64,000 nt of DNA, taken from assembly GCF_009914755.1 (NCBI RefSeq), contig NC_060947.1. One strand, given 5' to 3'. The translations under genes and the position numbers were made by a program. Of the stretch, positions 28,259 through 43,260 are shown one piece after another. The notes under the pieces were generated by a model, which had not been told where the DNA came from, did no database searches, and saw nothing but the letters and a program-made list of their open reading frames with translations. Source of the DNA: the human T2T-CHM13v2.0 reference genome, Homo sapiens. Each line of letters starts with the position of its first letter. Position 1 is the stretch's first letter.

Positions 28259-30025
28259 CAAGTGTTATTTTACATTCAGGGGGTACTTGTGCAGGTTTGT
28301 TACATGGGTATATTGCATGATGCTGAGGTTTGGGATATGGATGATTCTGTCACCCATGTAGCGAGCATAGTAACCAATAGGTAGTTTTTCAGATAGTGCA
28401 CCTCTCCCATACTTTTTCCTCTAGTAGTCTCCAGTGTCTGTTGTTCCCATCTTTATGTGCATGTGTACTCAAAGTTTAGCTTCCACTTATAAATGAGAAC
28501 ATGTGGCATTTTGCTTTCTGTTCTTGTGTTAAATCTTCTAGGATGATAGCTTTCAGCTGCATCCGGTTGCTGTAAAGGACATGATTTTATTCTTTTTTAT
28601 GGCTGCATATAATTACACGGTCTATATGTACCATATTTTCTTGATCCAATCTACCACTGACAGACATCTAGATTGACTCCATGTCTATGTTATTGTGAAT
28701 AGCACTGTGAAGAATGTAGTAGTGCATGTGACCTTTTGACAGAGGTATTTTCCTTTGGATATACAACCAGTAATGGGATTCCTTCGTCAAATGGTAGCTC
28801 CATTTTAATTTCATTAAGAAATCTCCAAACTGCTTTCCACAGTGGCTAAACTAATTTACATTCCCACCAACAGTGTATAAGCATTCCATTTTCTCCTCAG
28901 CCTCACCAGCATCTGTTAATTTATGACATTTAAATAACAGCCACTCTGGTATCTTGCTGTTTTGATTTGCATTTCTCTGAAGACTAGTGATGGAGAACAT
29001 TTTTTCTTATGCTTCTTGGCTGATTGTATGTCTTCTTTTGAGAAGTGCCTGTCCATGTCCTTTGCCTGTTTTTTAATAAGTTCATTTGATATTTACTTCT
29101 TGATTTGCTTAGGTTCCTTATGCATTTGGATATTGGACCTTTGTCAGATGCGTAGTTTGCAAATGTTTTCTCCCATTCTGTAGGTTGTCTGCTTACTCTG
29201 TTGATAGCTTCTTTTGCTGTGCAGAACCCCTCTAGTTTAGTTAGGTCCCACTTCTCAATTTTTGTTTTTGTTGCTATTGTTTTTTAGGAATTCAGCCAAA
29301 AATTATTTCCTGAGACTGGTATAAAGAAGGGAATTTCCTAGGTTTTTCTCTAGTATTTTTATAGTTTGAAGTCTTATATTTAAATCTTTAATCCATCTTG
29401 ATTTAATTTTTGTTTATGGTGAAAGCTATGTGTTTATTTTTAATCTTCTGCATATGGCTGGCCAGTTATCCCAGCACCATTTATTAAATAAGGAGTCCTT
29501 TCCTTATTGCTCGTTTTTGTCAGCTTTCTTGAAGATAGATGGTTGTAGGCATGTGGCTTTATTTCTATAGGATCTCTATTCTATTCCATCGGTTTATGTA
29601 TTGCTTTTGTAGCAGTACCATGCTATTTTGGTTACTCTAGCCTTGTAATACAGCTTAAAGTCAGGTAGTTTGAAAACTCCAGTTCTGTTCTTTTTCCTTA
29701 GGATTGCTTTGGCTATTGAGGCTCTATTTTGGTTCCGCATGTATTTTAGAATAGTTTTTTTCCCTCTAATTCTGTGAAAAAAATGATGTTGTTAGTTTGA
29801 TAGGAATAGGTATGAATCTATAAATTTCTTTGGGCAGTATGGCCATTTTAACAATATTGGTTCTTCCATTTCATGAACATGGGGTGTTTTTCTATTTAGT
29901 TGTGTCATCTCTGATTTCGTTCAGCAGGATTTTAAAATTCTTCTTGTAGAAATGTTTCACCTCTTGGTTACCTGTATTTCTCGATATTTCATTTATTTTG
30001 GCTATTGTAAATGGGATTGTATTCT
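28259..30025 (-). mobile_element. L1PB/L1PA16-like 3' fragment
   Basis: 'ttcagggggtacttgtgcaggtttgttacatgggtatattgcatgatgctgaggtttggg' followed by degenerate ORF2. Confidence 0.85.
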
Positions 30026-30158
30026 TTTTTATTTCTTATTTTTATTTTTTTATTATACTTTAAGTTCTAAGGTACATGTGCAAAACTTGCAGGCTTGTTG
30101 CATATGTATACATGTGACATGTTGGTGTGCTACACCCATTAACTCGTCATTTGCATTA

Positions 30159-30626
<468 letters not shown>

Positions 30627-30629
30627 TTA

Positions 30630-31391
<762 letters not shown>

Positions 31392-31428
31392 TCAGTTTGC
31401 CAGTATTTTAGTTAGGAGTTTTGCATCA

Positions 31429-31674
<246 letters not shown>

Positions 31675-31754
31675 TCAGAGCCTGTTATTGGTCTATTCAG
31701 AGATTCAGCTTCTTCCTGGTTTAGTCTTGGGAGGGTGTATGTGCCCAGGAATTA

Positions 31755-31892
<138 letters not shown>

Positions 31893-34709
31893 TTATTCTT
31901 TTTTAGTCTTGCTAGAGGACTATCGATTTTGTTGATCTTTTCAAAAAAACAGCTCCTGGATTCATTGATTTTTTGAAGGGTTTTTTGTGTCTCTATCTCC
32001 TTCAGTTCTGCTCTGATCTTAGTTATTTCTTGCCTTCTGCTAGCTTTTGAATGTGTTTACTCTTGCTTCTCTAGTTCTTTTAATTGTGATGTTAGGGTGC
32101 CAATTTTAGATCTTTCCTGCTTTCTCTTGTGGGCATTTAGTGCTATAAATTTCCCTCTACACACTGCTTTAAATGTGTCCCAGAGATTCTGGTACGTTGT
32201 GGCTTTGTTCTGATTGATATCAAATAACATCTTTATGTCTGCATTCATTTCATTATGTACCCAGTAGTCACTCAGGTGCAGGTTGTTCAGTTTCCATGTA
32301 GTTGTGTGGTTTTGAGTGAGTTTCTTAATCCTGAGTTCTAATTTGATTGCACTGTGGTCTGAGAGACAGTTTGTTGTGATTTGTTTTCTTTTACGTTTGC
32401 TGAGGAGTGCTTTACTTCCAATTATGTGGTCAATTTTGGAATAATGTGATGTGGTGCTGAGAGGAATGTATATTCTGTTGATTTGGGGTGGAGAGTTCTA
32501 TAGATGTCTATTAGGTCCACTTGGTGCAGAGCTGAGTTCAAGTCCTGGATATCCTTGTTAACCTTCTGTCTCATTGATCTGTCTAATATTGTCAGTGGGG
32601 TGTTAAAGTCTCACATTATTATTGTGTGGAAGTCTAAGTCTCTTTGTAGGTCTCTAAGGACTTGCTTTATGAGTCTGGGTAGTGCTGTATTGGGTACAAA
32701 TATATTTAGGATAGTTAGCTCTTCTTGTTGAACTGATCCCTTTACCATTATGTAATGGCCTTCTTTCATTCTTTGTTGGATGAAACTGTGGTTTATCAAA
32801 GACTAGAACAGCAACCCCTGCTTTTTTTTTTTTCTTTCCATTTGCTTGGTAGATCTTCCTCCATCCCTTTATTTTGAGCCTATGTGTGTCTCTGCATGCG
32901 AGATGGGTCTCCTGAATACAGCACACTGATGGTTCTTGACTCTTTATCCAATTTGCCAGTCTGTGTCTTTTAATTGGGGCATTTAGCACATTTGCATTTA
33001 AGGTTAATATTGTTATGTGTGAATTTTATCCTGTCATTATGTCATTATGATGTTAGGTAGTTATTTTGCCCATTAATTTATGCCATTTCTTCATAGCATC
33101 AATGGTCTTTACAATTTGGCATGCTTTTGCAGTGGCTGGTATCTGTTGTTCCTTTCCATGTTTAGTGCTTCTTTGGGGAGCTCTTGTAAGGCAGGCCTGG
33201 TGGTGACAAAATCTCTCAGCATTTGCTTGTCTGTAAAGGATTTTATTTATCATTCACTTATGAAGCTGAATTTGGTTGGATGTGAAATTCTGGGTTGAAA
33301 ATTCTTTTCTTTAAGAATGTTGAATATTGGCCCCCACTCTCTTCTGGCTTATAGGATTTTTACCGAGAGACAGCTGTTAGTCTGATGGGCTTCCCTTTTT
33401 GCATAACCTGACATTTCTGTCTGGCTGCCCTTAACATGTTTTCCTCCATTTCAGTGTTGGTAAATCTGATGATTATATGTCTTGGGATCCTCTTCTCAAG
33501 GAGTATCTTTGTGGCATTCTATGTATTTCCTGAATTTGAATATTGGCCTGCCTTGCTAGGTTGGGGAAGTTCTGATGGATAATATTCTGAAGAGTGTTTT
33601 CCCTCTTAGTTCCATTCTCCCCATCACTTTCAGGTACACCAATCAGACGTAGAGTTGGTCTTTTCACATAGTCCCATATTTCTTGAAGGCTTTGTTCATT
33701 TGTTTTTACCCCTTTTTCTCTAAACTTGTCTTCTGGCTTCATTAATTTGATCTTCCATCACTGATACCCTTTCTTCCATTTGATCGAATCAGCTACTGAA
33801 GCTTGTGCATGCATCATGAAGTTCTTGTGCCATGGTTTTCAGCTCCATCAGGTCACTTAAGTTCTTCCCTGCACTGTTTATTCTAGTTAGCCGTTTGTCT
33901 AACCTTATTTCAAGGTTTTTAGCTTCCTTGCAATGGGTTAGAACATGTTCCTTTAGCTCATAGAAGTTTGTTATTACCAACCTTCTGAAGCCTACTTCTG
34001 TCAACTCATCAAAGTCGTTCTCTGTCCAGCTTTGTTCCATTGCTGGCAAGGAGCTGCAATCCTTTGGAGGAGAAAAGGTGCTCTGATTTTTAGAATTTTC
34101 AGCTTTTCTGCTCTGGTTTCTCCCCATATTTGCAGTTTTATCTACCTTTGGTCTTTGATATTGGTGACCTACAGATGGGGTTTTGGTGTAGATACCATTT
34201 TTATTGATGTTGATGCTATTCCTTTCTGTTTGTTAGTTTTCTTTCTAACGGTCAGGTCCCTCAGCTGCAGGTCTGTTGGAGTTTGCTGGAGGATGACTCC
34301 AGATCCTGTGCACCTGGGTATCACCAGTGGAGGCTGCAGAACAGCAAATATTGCTGCCTGATCATTCCTCTGGAAGCTTTATCCCAGAGGGGCACCCCCC
34401 TCTATGAGGTGTCTTTCGGCTCCTACTGGGAGGTGTCTCCCAGTTAGGCTACACAGGGGTCGGGGACCCACTGGAGTAGGCAGTCTGTCCATTGTCAGAG
34501 CTCAAACGCTTTGCTGGGAGAACCACTGCTCTCTTTAGAGCTGTCAGACAGGGACATTTAAGTCTGCAGAAGTTTCTGCTGCCTGTTGTTCAGCTATGCC
34601 CTGCCCACAGAGGTGGAATCTATAGAGGCAGTAGACCTTGCTGAGCTGCAGTAGGCCCCACCCAGTTCGAGCTTCCTGGATGCTTTGTTTACCTGCTCAA
34701 GCCTCAGCA

Positions 34710-34931
34710 ATGGCGGACTCCCCTCTCCTAGCCAGGCTGCAGCCTTGCTGGTCGATCTCAGAGTGCTGTGCTAGCCGTCATCAAGGCTCCATGGACATGG
34801 GACCCGCCAAGCCCGGCACTGGAGAGAATCGCCTGATCTGCGGGTTGCTGAGACTGTGGGAAAAGCACAGTATTTGGATGGGAGTTTCCCATTTTTTCCA
34901 GGTAAAGTCTGTCACGGAGTCCCTTGCCTAG
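34710..34931 (+). CDS. ORF0: LINE-1 antisense ORF0 homolog (73 aa)
   Basis: MADSPLLARLQPCWSISECCAS..GPAKPG..EKHSIWMGV aligns with ORF0 (MAGAPPPASLPPCSLISDCCAS..); ATG context gcaATGg; expression unknown. Confidence 0.6.
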   Translation: MADSPLLARLQPCWSISECCASRHQGSMDMGPAKPGTGENRLICGLLRLWEKHSIWMGVSHFFQVKSVTESLA

Positions 34932-36401
34932 GAAAGGGAAATCCCCTGACCCCTTGTGCTTCCCAGGTAGGTCGATGCCCTGCTCTGCTTCAGGTCGCCC
35001 TCCGTGTGCTGCACCCACAGTCCCAACAAGTCCCAGTGAGATTAACCAGGTACCTCAGTTGGAAATGCAGAAATCACCCATCTTCTGCCTCGATCATGCT
35101 GGGAGCTGCAGACCCGAGCTGATCCTATTCGGCCATCTTAGAACGGATCCCCGGTCCTCTTTAATTTCTTTTAGCAATGTTTGAGAGTTTTTAGTGGACA
35201 AATCTTTCACCTCCTTGGTAAAATATATTCCCAATTTTTATTTGTATTCTTTTGAATATTATTGTAAATGGAATTTAAAAAAATCTTTTCAGTTGTTCAT
35301 TGCTTGTGTGTAGAAACACAACCGATTTTTGTTGGTTGGCTTGTATCATGAAAATTTGCTGAGTTTTGTTATTAGCTCCCATAGGTTTTTAAATAATTTT
35401 GACAGATTTTCTATATACAGGATTATATCATCTGCAGATATAAATAGTTTTACTTCTTTCTTTCTAATGACAATGCATTTTTTTTAATCTGCCTAATTGT
35501 ACTGGCTATTACTTCCAGTGCAATGTTGAATAGCAGTGTTGAAAGCAGACATCCTTTTCTTATTTCTGATCTTAAGGGGAAAGGTTTTATTCTTTTACTA
35601 TTAAGTGTAATTTAGTTGTGGGCTTTCCATAAATACCTTTTATCATTCTGAGGAATTATTGTTTCTAGTTATTGCTTTCTGGGTGCTTTTATTATGAAAG
35701 TTTATTGGATTTTGTCAAATGCTGTTTCTGCATCAACTGAGAAGATTATGTTATCTTTTTTCATATGTATGTGTATATATGTGGTATATTATATTGATTG
35801 GTTTCTATAAATTTGGTAGTAATGTCTCTACTTTTATTTCTGATGTTAGTTATTTGCATCTTTATCTGTTTTCTATTTATGTATTGCTTAAAGTTTGATA
35901 ATGTTGTTGATCTTTTATATGAATTATATTTTGGTCTTTAAAATTTTTTTCCTATTGCTTTTCTATTCCCTATTTTGTTTACCTCTGTTCTGATCTTAAT
36001 TTTTCTGTTCTTCTGCCAGCTTTGTGTTTAGTTTGCTCTTTTGTAGTTCCTAAGAGTGAAAAGTTGTGTTATTGATTTGAGAAGTTTTATTTTTAAATTT
36101 ATGCATTTGTTGCTGTAAAATTCCCACTGAGCATTGTTTTCACCATATTTTATAAGTTTTCATATGTGGTGTTTTGCTTTTCATTTTCTTTGGGCTATTC
36201 TCTAATTTACCTTGTGTTTTATTCTTAAACCAATTGGCTGTTTAAGAGTGTTTTCTTTAATTTCTGCATACTTGTAAATTTCTCAGTTTTCCTTCTGGTG
36301 TTGATTTCTAGTTCATTTCATTGTCGCCAGAGATAATCCTTTGTGTGGTTTTGATCTCTTTACATTTATTGATACTCATTTTGTGCCTTAAATATGTTCT
36401 A

Positions 36402-36699
36402 GGCTGAGCATAGTGGCTCATACTTGTAATCCCAGCACTTGGAGAGGCCAAGGTGGGAGGATCATGAGCCCAGGAATTTGAGACCTTCCTAAGCAACATA
36501 GTGAGACCTTGTCTCTACAAAGAAATCAACAATTCACCAGGCATAGTGGTGTGCACCTGTAGTCCTAGCTACTCAGGAGGCTTAGGTGATAGGATGGTTT
36601 GAGCTAGGGAGATTGAGGCTTCAGTCAGCTGTGATCATGCCACTGCACTCTAGTCTGGGCAATAGAGCAAAACTCTATCTCAAAAAAAAAAAAAAAAAA
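36402..36699 (+). mobile_element. AluJ SINE
   Basis: Diverged dimeric Alu with A tail. Confidence 0.92.
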
Positions 36700-37059
36700 G
36701 ATCGATTCTATTCTGAAGAATGTTCCATGCTCATCTGAGAAAAATATGTATTCTAATGTTGTTAGGTGGAGTGTTCTATATATGTTTACTAGGTTTAGTT
36801 TATAGTGTTTTCCATGTCCTCTCTTCTCTTGTTGATCTTCTTTCTAAATGTTCGATTATTATTGAAATTAGAACATTGAAGTCAACTATTATTGTAAATT
36901 GTCTATTTCTCCCTTTAATCCTATCAGTGTTTGCATATAATTTTGATTCTGTTGCTTTGTGCATGCATGTTTATAATTATTATACATTCTTGTTAGATTG
37001 ACCTTTTATCAATACAAAATGACCTTCTTTGTTTCTCATAACTTATTTTTTCCCTTTCT

Positions 37060-37528
37060 TTTTTATTTTCTTTTAATTTTTATTTTTATTTTAAGTTCCA
37101 GGGTACACATGCAGGATGTGTAGGTTTGTTACATAGATAAACACGTGCCATCGTGGTTTGCTGCACCTGCAACCCATCACCTATTAAGCCCAGCATGCAT
37201 TAGCTATTTTTCCTGATGCTTTCCCTCCCCCTGCCCACCCCCAATAGGCTCCATTGTGTGTTGTTCCCCTCCCTGTGTCCATGTGTTCTCATTGTTCAGC
37301 TCCCACTTATAAGTGAGAACATGTGGTGTTTGGTTTTCTGTTTCTGCGTGAGTTTGCTGAGGATAATGGCTTCCAGCTCCATCTATGTCCCTGCAAAGGA
37401 CATGATCTCCTTCCTTTTATGGCTGCATAGTATTCCATGGTGAATATGTACCACATTATCTTTATCTGGTCTATCATTGATGGGCATTTGGGTTGATTCC
37501 ATGTCTTTGCTATTGTGAGTAGTGCCAC
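37060..37528 (-). mobile_element. L1PA8-10-like 3' fragment
   Basis: 'ttttaagttccagggtacacatgcaggatgtg'; peptide [14 protein letters not shown]. Confidence 0.85.
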
Positions 37529-38688
37529 TTCTTTTAACTTAAAGTGTTTTTTTTATAATGTTAATATAGTTACATCATCTCACTTTTGGTTACTATTTGC
37601 ATGGAATAGCTTTTTTCATTATTTTACTTCCAAATTATTCAAGTCTTTTGTCTCTAACCTAAGTCTATTGCGAATATCATATAGTTGGGTCGTTCATTTT
37701 GTACATTCTGCCAGACTCTGTTGTTAAACTGATGATTAAGTCATTTATGTGTAATGTGACTACTAATCGGAAGGACTTCTGCTATACTGTATTTGTTTTC
37801 TGTAAGTCATAATTTATTTGTTTCTCAATTCCTCTAATACTGACTTTTTTGTTTGATTTTTTCTAGTGTATTATTTTGATTCCCTTCTAATTTTGTTTCC
37901 TGTGTATATCTTAGTTTTTTTATAGTGTTCATGATGATCATTACAATAGGCATCCTAAAATTAGATCAACCTGGTTTGAATTTATGCCAATGTAGCTTCA
38001 ATTATGTCCAAAATTTGTTTCTGTATGGCTTACTTCTTTATGTTGTTTTTGTCACAAATTATATCTTTACATTAATCTAATACATTAACATGTATTGATA
38101 ATTTTTGTTTCATTAATTTGTCTTTTAAATCTTATTGTAAACAAAAAGGAATTACTAACCTAATATTAATAATATTTGCTTTTATATTTATTTATATAGT
38201 TACCTTTACTGAAGTTTTTTTATTTCTTCATGTGGCTTCAAGTTACTGTCTAATGCCCTTTTATCTCAATCCAAGGGACTCTCTCTACCATTTTTTTAGA
38301 GTCCTTCTACTGGTAATGAATTTTCTCAGCTTTTCTTTATCTGGTAATGTCTTAATCTCTGCTTATTCTTGAAGAATAGTTTTACAGACAAAGAATTTTT
38401 GTTTAACAGCTTTTTCTTTCAGGATTTTGAATAAGTCAGCCTACTGCCTTCTAACTCTTATGGTTTCTGATGATAAATCATATCTTTAAATTATTGAGGA
38501 TCACATTTATGTGTGATGCATTATTGCAGATCACTTCTTTCTTGCTCCTCTCAGGATTCTCTCTTTCTCTTGGCTTTCAGCAGTTTGATTATAATGTATC
38601 TAGTTGTGGAGCTCTTTGAGTTTATTCTACTTGGAGTTCATTGGCCTTCTGGATGTGTAGATTCAACAGTCTATCAAATTTGGTATTT

Positions 38689-39795
38689 TACCATTCAGAA
38701 CATACACATGGGCAAAGACTTCATGACTAAAACACCAAAAGCAATGGCAAGAAAAGCCAAAATTGACAAATGGGATCTAATTAAGCTAAAGAGCTTCTGC
38801 ACATCAAAATAAACTATCATCAGAGTGAACAAGCAACTTACAGAATGGGAGAAAATGTTTGCAATCTATCCATCTGACAAAGGGCAAATATCCAGAATCT
38901 ACAAAGAACATAAAACAAATTTACAAGAAAAAAACAAACAACCCTATCAAAAAGTGAGCAAAGGATATGAACAGACACTTCTCAAAAGAAGACATTTATG
39001 CAGCCAACAAACATATGAAAAAAAAGCTCATCATCACTCGCCATTAGAGAAATGCAAATCAAAACCACAATGAGATACCATCTCACGCCAGTTAGAATGG
39101 CGATCATTAAAAAGTCAGGAAACAACAGATGCTGGAGAGGATGTGGAGAAATAGAAATGCTTTTACACTGTTGGTGGGAGTGTAAATTAGTTCAATTATT
39201 GTGGAAGACAGTATGGCGATTCCTCAAGAATCTAGAACCAGAAATACAATTTGACCCAGCAATCCCTTTACTGGGTATATACCCAAAGGGTTATAAATCA
39301 TTCTACTATAAAGACATATGCACACGTATGTTTATTGTGGCACTGTTCACAATAGCAAAGACTTGGAACCAACCCAAATGCCCATCAATGATAGACCGGA
39401 TTCAGAAAATGTGGTGCATATACACCATGGAATACTATGCCGCCATAAAAAAGGATGAGTTTATGTCCTTTGCAGGGATGTGGATGAAGCTGGAAGCCAT
39501 CATTCTCAACAAGCTAACACAAGAACAGAAAACCAAACACTGCATGTTATCACTCATAAGTTGGAGGTGAACAGTGAGAACACATGGATACAGGGAGGTG
39601 AACATCACACACTGGGGCCTGCCATGGAGTGGGGGGCTGGGGGAGATAGCATTAGGAGAGATACCTAATGTAGATGATGGGTTGATGGGTGCAGCAAACC
39701 ACCATGGCATGTGTATACCTATGTAACAAACCTGCACGTTCTGCACATGTATCCCAGAACTTAAAGTATAATAAAAAAAATTTTAAAAAAGAAAA
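38689..39795 (+). mobile_element. L1PA7-like 5'-truncated LINE-1
   Basis: ORF2 C-terminus (172-aa ORF 39052-39570), 3'UTR, A tail; TSD 'caaat(t)tggtatttt'. Confidence 0.92.
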
Positions 39796-40224
39796 CAAAT
39801 TGGTATTTTTTGGTTGTTATTTCTTCAAATATTCTTTCCACCCCATTCTCCCTTTTCTCCCTTTTGGACCTCCATAATGCACATGTTGGTATGCTTGAAG
39901 GTGTCCCACACAACCCTTAAGGTCTGTTTATTTTTTGTCATTCTTATTTTCTGTTAGCTCCTCAGATTTGGTAATTTACATTGTCCTATATTCAAGTTCA
40001 CTAGTTCTTTCTTCTGCCAGTTCAAATATGCTTTGTATCCCCTCTAGTGAAATTTTCATTCAACTATTATACTTTTCAGTGTCAAAATTTTTATTTTAGT
40101 TTTTTTTGTAATGTGTTTTTATTGGTATTATGTTCAGAAATCCTTTTCCTGGTTTTCTGTAGCTTTTAATTTTTTTAAGGTTTTCTTTTTAACCTCTGTG
40201 AGCCTGTTTAAGCCAGTTGATGCA

Positions 40225-40508
40225 GCTGGACATGGTGGCTCATGCCTGTAATCCTAGCACTTTGGGAGGCCAAGGAGTGGGGATCACTTGAGGTCAGGAG
40301 TTCAAGACCAACCTGGCCAACATGGTGAAACCCCGTCTCTACTAAAAATACAAAAATTAGCTGGGCATGGTGGTACATGGCTGTAGTCCCAGCTACTCGA
40401 GGATGGCTTGAACCTTGGAGTCAGAGGTTGCAATGAGCAGAGATTATGCCACTGCACTCCAGCCTGGGCGACAGAGCAAGACTCCATCTCAGAAAAAAAA
40501 AAAAAAAA
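40225..40508 (+). mobile_element. AluS SINE with small right-arm deletion
   Basis: Dimeric Alu with A tail. Confidence 0.92.
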
Positions 40509-41012
40509 GACAGTCTTTGTCTAGGAAGTTGAATGTCTAGACTTCTTTGTGGATAATTTTTGTTTATTTTTTCCTGTAAATAGGCCATACTTTCATGGTT
40601 TTTTTTTTTGTATGCCTTGTTTTTTGTTGAAAACTGGACATTTTAAATGTTATGTGGTAACTCTGAAAATAAGAGTTTTCTCCCCTCCCTAGGTTTGCTG
40701 TTGGTGCTTGTTATGAGCTGTGGGCTTTCATTTGTATAGTGACTTTTCCAAACTAATTTTTGCAAAATATAGAATTATTATTTTGTGTTGTTACTGAAGT
40801 CTCCATTTTACTATTTCAGTGGTCAGACAGTGACCTGGCAGGGATAGTTTTTTTTTTTTTTTTTTTTTTTTTTTGTGATGTCTAGACAAAAAAATTAAAA
40901 AGGAGAAAAAAGAAAAAAAGAAATGAAAAAACACACAACACAAACACGCACACACACTGCTAGTCAAGTCTTTACAGATCGGTTTTGAATTTGAGAACTC
41001 CTTCAATGCTAA

Positions 41013-41672
41013 TATGAATGTATATTCTGTTGTTTTTGGGTAGAGTGTGTGGAGTGTTCTGTAGATATATGTCAGGTCCCCTTCATCCAGAGCTGTATGA
41101 GGTGTCTGGTGACCTCTGTTGGGAGGTCTCACCCAGTCACGATGCAGGAGATCAAGGGCTTATTTAAGGAAGCAGTCTGGCCCCTTGGCTAAGCAGGTGA
41201 GCTGTGCTGGGGGGAATCCCACTCTTCTGGATTGTCCGGATTCCTCAGAGCTAGCAGGGGGACTGACTAAGTCCTCTGAATGGGAGACTGCGGCTGGCCC
41301 TACCCCCAGGGGCTCTGTCCCAGGGGGATCATAGTTCTGTCTGTAAATCCCTGGCTGGAGTTGCTAAAATTCCCGCAAGGAGGCCCCGCCCGGTTAGGAG
41401 GGATGGATCCGGGTCCCACCTATAGAAGCAGTCTGTCCATGATTGGTCACAGCTGCTGTGCTACACTGTGGGGAGTTCCTACTGATCCAAACCGCCCAGT
41501 CTCCTTGGCACCCACAGGGGATAAAGGCCTACTGGAGCCCCAGTGATGGCAGCCAACCCTTCCCCCCAGGAAGTCGGTCATCTTAGGCCATCTCCAGCGT
41601 GCTGCCCCTGGGCGCAATGTTAGCGGCCGCCAAGTGTCTGCACAGTTCTGTGCTTGGGACCCAAGGACCTCC
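41013..41672 (-). mobile_element. L1PA (older, ~PA8-13-like) 5'UTR fragment fused to a short ORF2 endonuclease piece
   Basis: GC-rich L1 5'UTR 41094-41672 joined to sequence encoding [23 protein letters not shown]. Confidence 0.8.
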
Positions 41673-42429
41673 TCTAGTTTTAGATATCGCTCTGCTGCGA
41701 ACTTACTGGAATATCTTGCGCAAGTGCTTGTTTTTCTTTCTAAACTTCAGTGTTCTCATTTGTCAGATAAAGAGAGTTTGCAATTATATGACCTCTTGCA
41801 ACTTTGATTTGTGGAATTCTATTATCCAGCAGGCAAAACAGTAGACATTGGGTGTGACTACCTGTGCCAAGAGGTGTGAAAAGTGGAATGACCGTCCTCA
41901 TATTGCATATGGACATAGACATAGTTTTTTATATTGAATGCCTGGGCTAAATCAAATAACTTCCTTGTTCTTTAGTTTGCCTATCTGATATGAGAGCAGA
42001 ATCAAGGACTAAGAAATATTTTAGTTAGTTGTTTTAGAAATCACATATTTCCCCAAGTTGCCTCAGGCAAAAGTGAAGGATATGTGGAGTGGTAGGAAAA
42101 AGCATTACAATTTTATACAGATCAAAGGTAGCATAATATAAAGAGTAACATAAAGAGTACTTAAATTGGCATCAGAAGCGTTGGCTTCCGTTTTACTTTT
42201 TACTCACTACGCTGACTTATATTGTGTGTGGTCTTTTCTCCACACTTCAGTTTGTCTCATCTATAAAATGAAAAAATTATACAACTCTTTGTTTCTTGTC
42301 AAATTTTAAAAAGTTTGAATAGTTATGGATTTCCTTGAATGTATACTACATATGGGAGGAATTTTCTATTTGTGATAAGATTATGTTTTTCTCTTAAAAT
42401 TATTTATTTATTTATTTATTTATTTTTTT

Positions 42430-42556
42430 GGCCAGGCACGCTGGCATGTGCCTGTAATGCTAGCTACTCTAGAGGCTGAGGCAGGAGGATTGTTTGAGCT
42501 CAGGAGTTTGAAACTAGTCTGGGCAACATAGTAAAACCCCATCACACACAAGAAAT
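42430..42556 (+). mobile_element. FLAM/Alu monomer
   Basis: 'ggccaggcacgctggcatgtgcctgtaat...ctgggcaacatagt'. Confidence 0.85.
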
Positions 42557-43019
42557 CATTTTTTAGGTAAGTCCATTTAAAAAATATATTAAGTAAAAAA
42601 TAGTCAAAGTCATGAAGGGGAAGGTTAGATAGTCTCTGAATTCTTTTTCTGAGACTCAAGTCCTGATTTATCTCATTCTCAAAATGGAAGCCAACACATC
42701 TGGAAAGGAGCATCTGCTGAGGATTTTTGTTATTGAGTCTAGGTTTGGCAGTTGACAGCTAAAATTTCTTTAACATACTGGAAAACATGATCAAAGGAAT
42801 CTTTATTCCCTATGCATTTTGGAGTGATGTTGTTCCCAGTTAATTAGTGATAGAAGTGGACCTTACCATTCACAGGTGTAGAACAAGCAAGCTGGGAGTG
42901 CCCTCAGGCCATGAGGGCAGGCATTATGTAGTAAAATATCTTTCAGTGCACCAGATATACCTTTAGTAAACTGATGTGGTACCCGGCTAAGCAGGATCGA
43001 AAGCTGATATTCCCATAAT

Positions 43020-43260
43020 AATAATATCATTTAGCAAGTACTTACCTTGTGTCAAGCAAGTTTGTAAGAACTTTATATGGAATATCTCATTGAATATTCA
43101 TGACAACTCTATAAAGTAAATACTGTTATTACCACTTTTTTCAGATGAGAAACCTGATACACAGAGCAAGTAAGTACCATACCTAAGGTCACAGAGCTAA
43201 TAAAGAGAAGAGTTAGGCTTCAAGCATCTATCTTTTCTGTTCCATGTGAAAGCTATTCCA
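43020..43260 (-). mobile_element. MIR relic
   Basis: MIR core 'tttttcagatgagaaacctgatacacagag...ctaaggtcacagagcta'. Confidence 0.7.

Larger units (their letters stand above)
35153..41010 (-). mobile_element. Old L1M ORF2-ORF1-5' region with nested insertions
   Basis: Degenerate antisense ORF2 (35150-37900), ORF1 (38250-40200) and 5' region. Confidence 0.75.
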
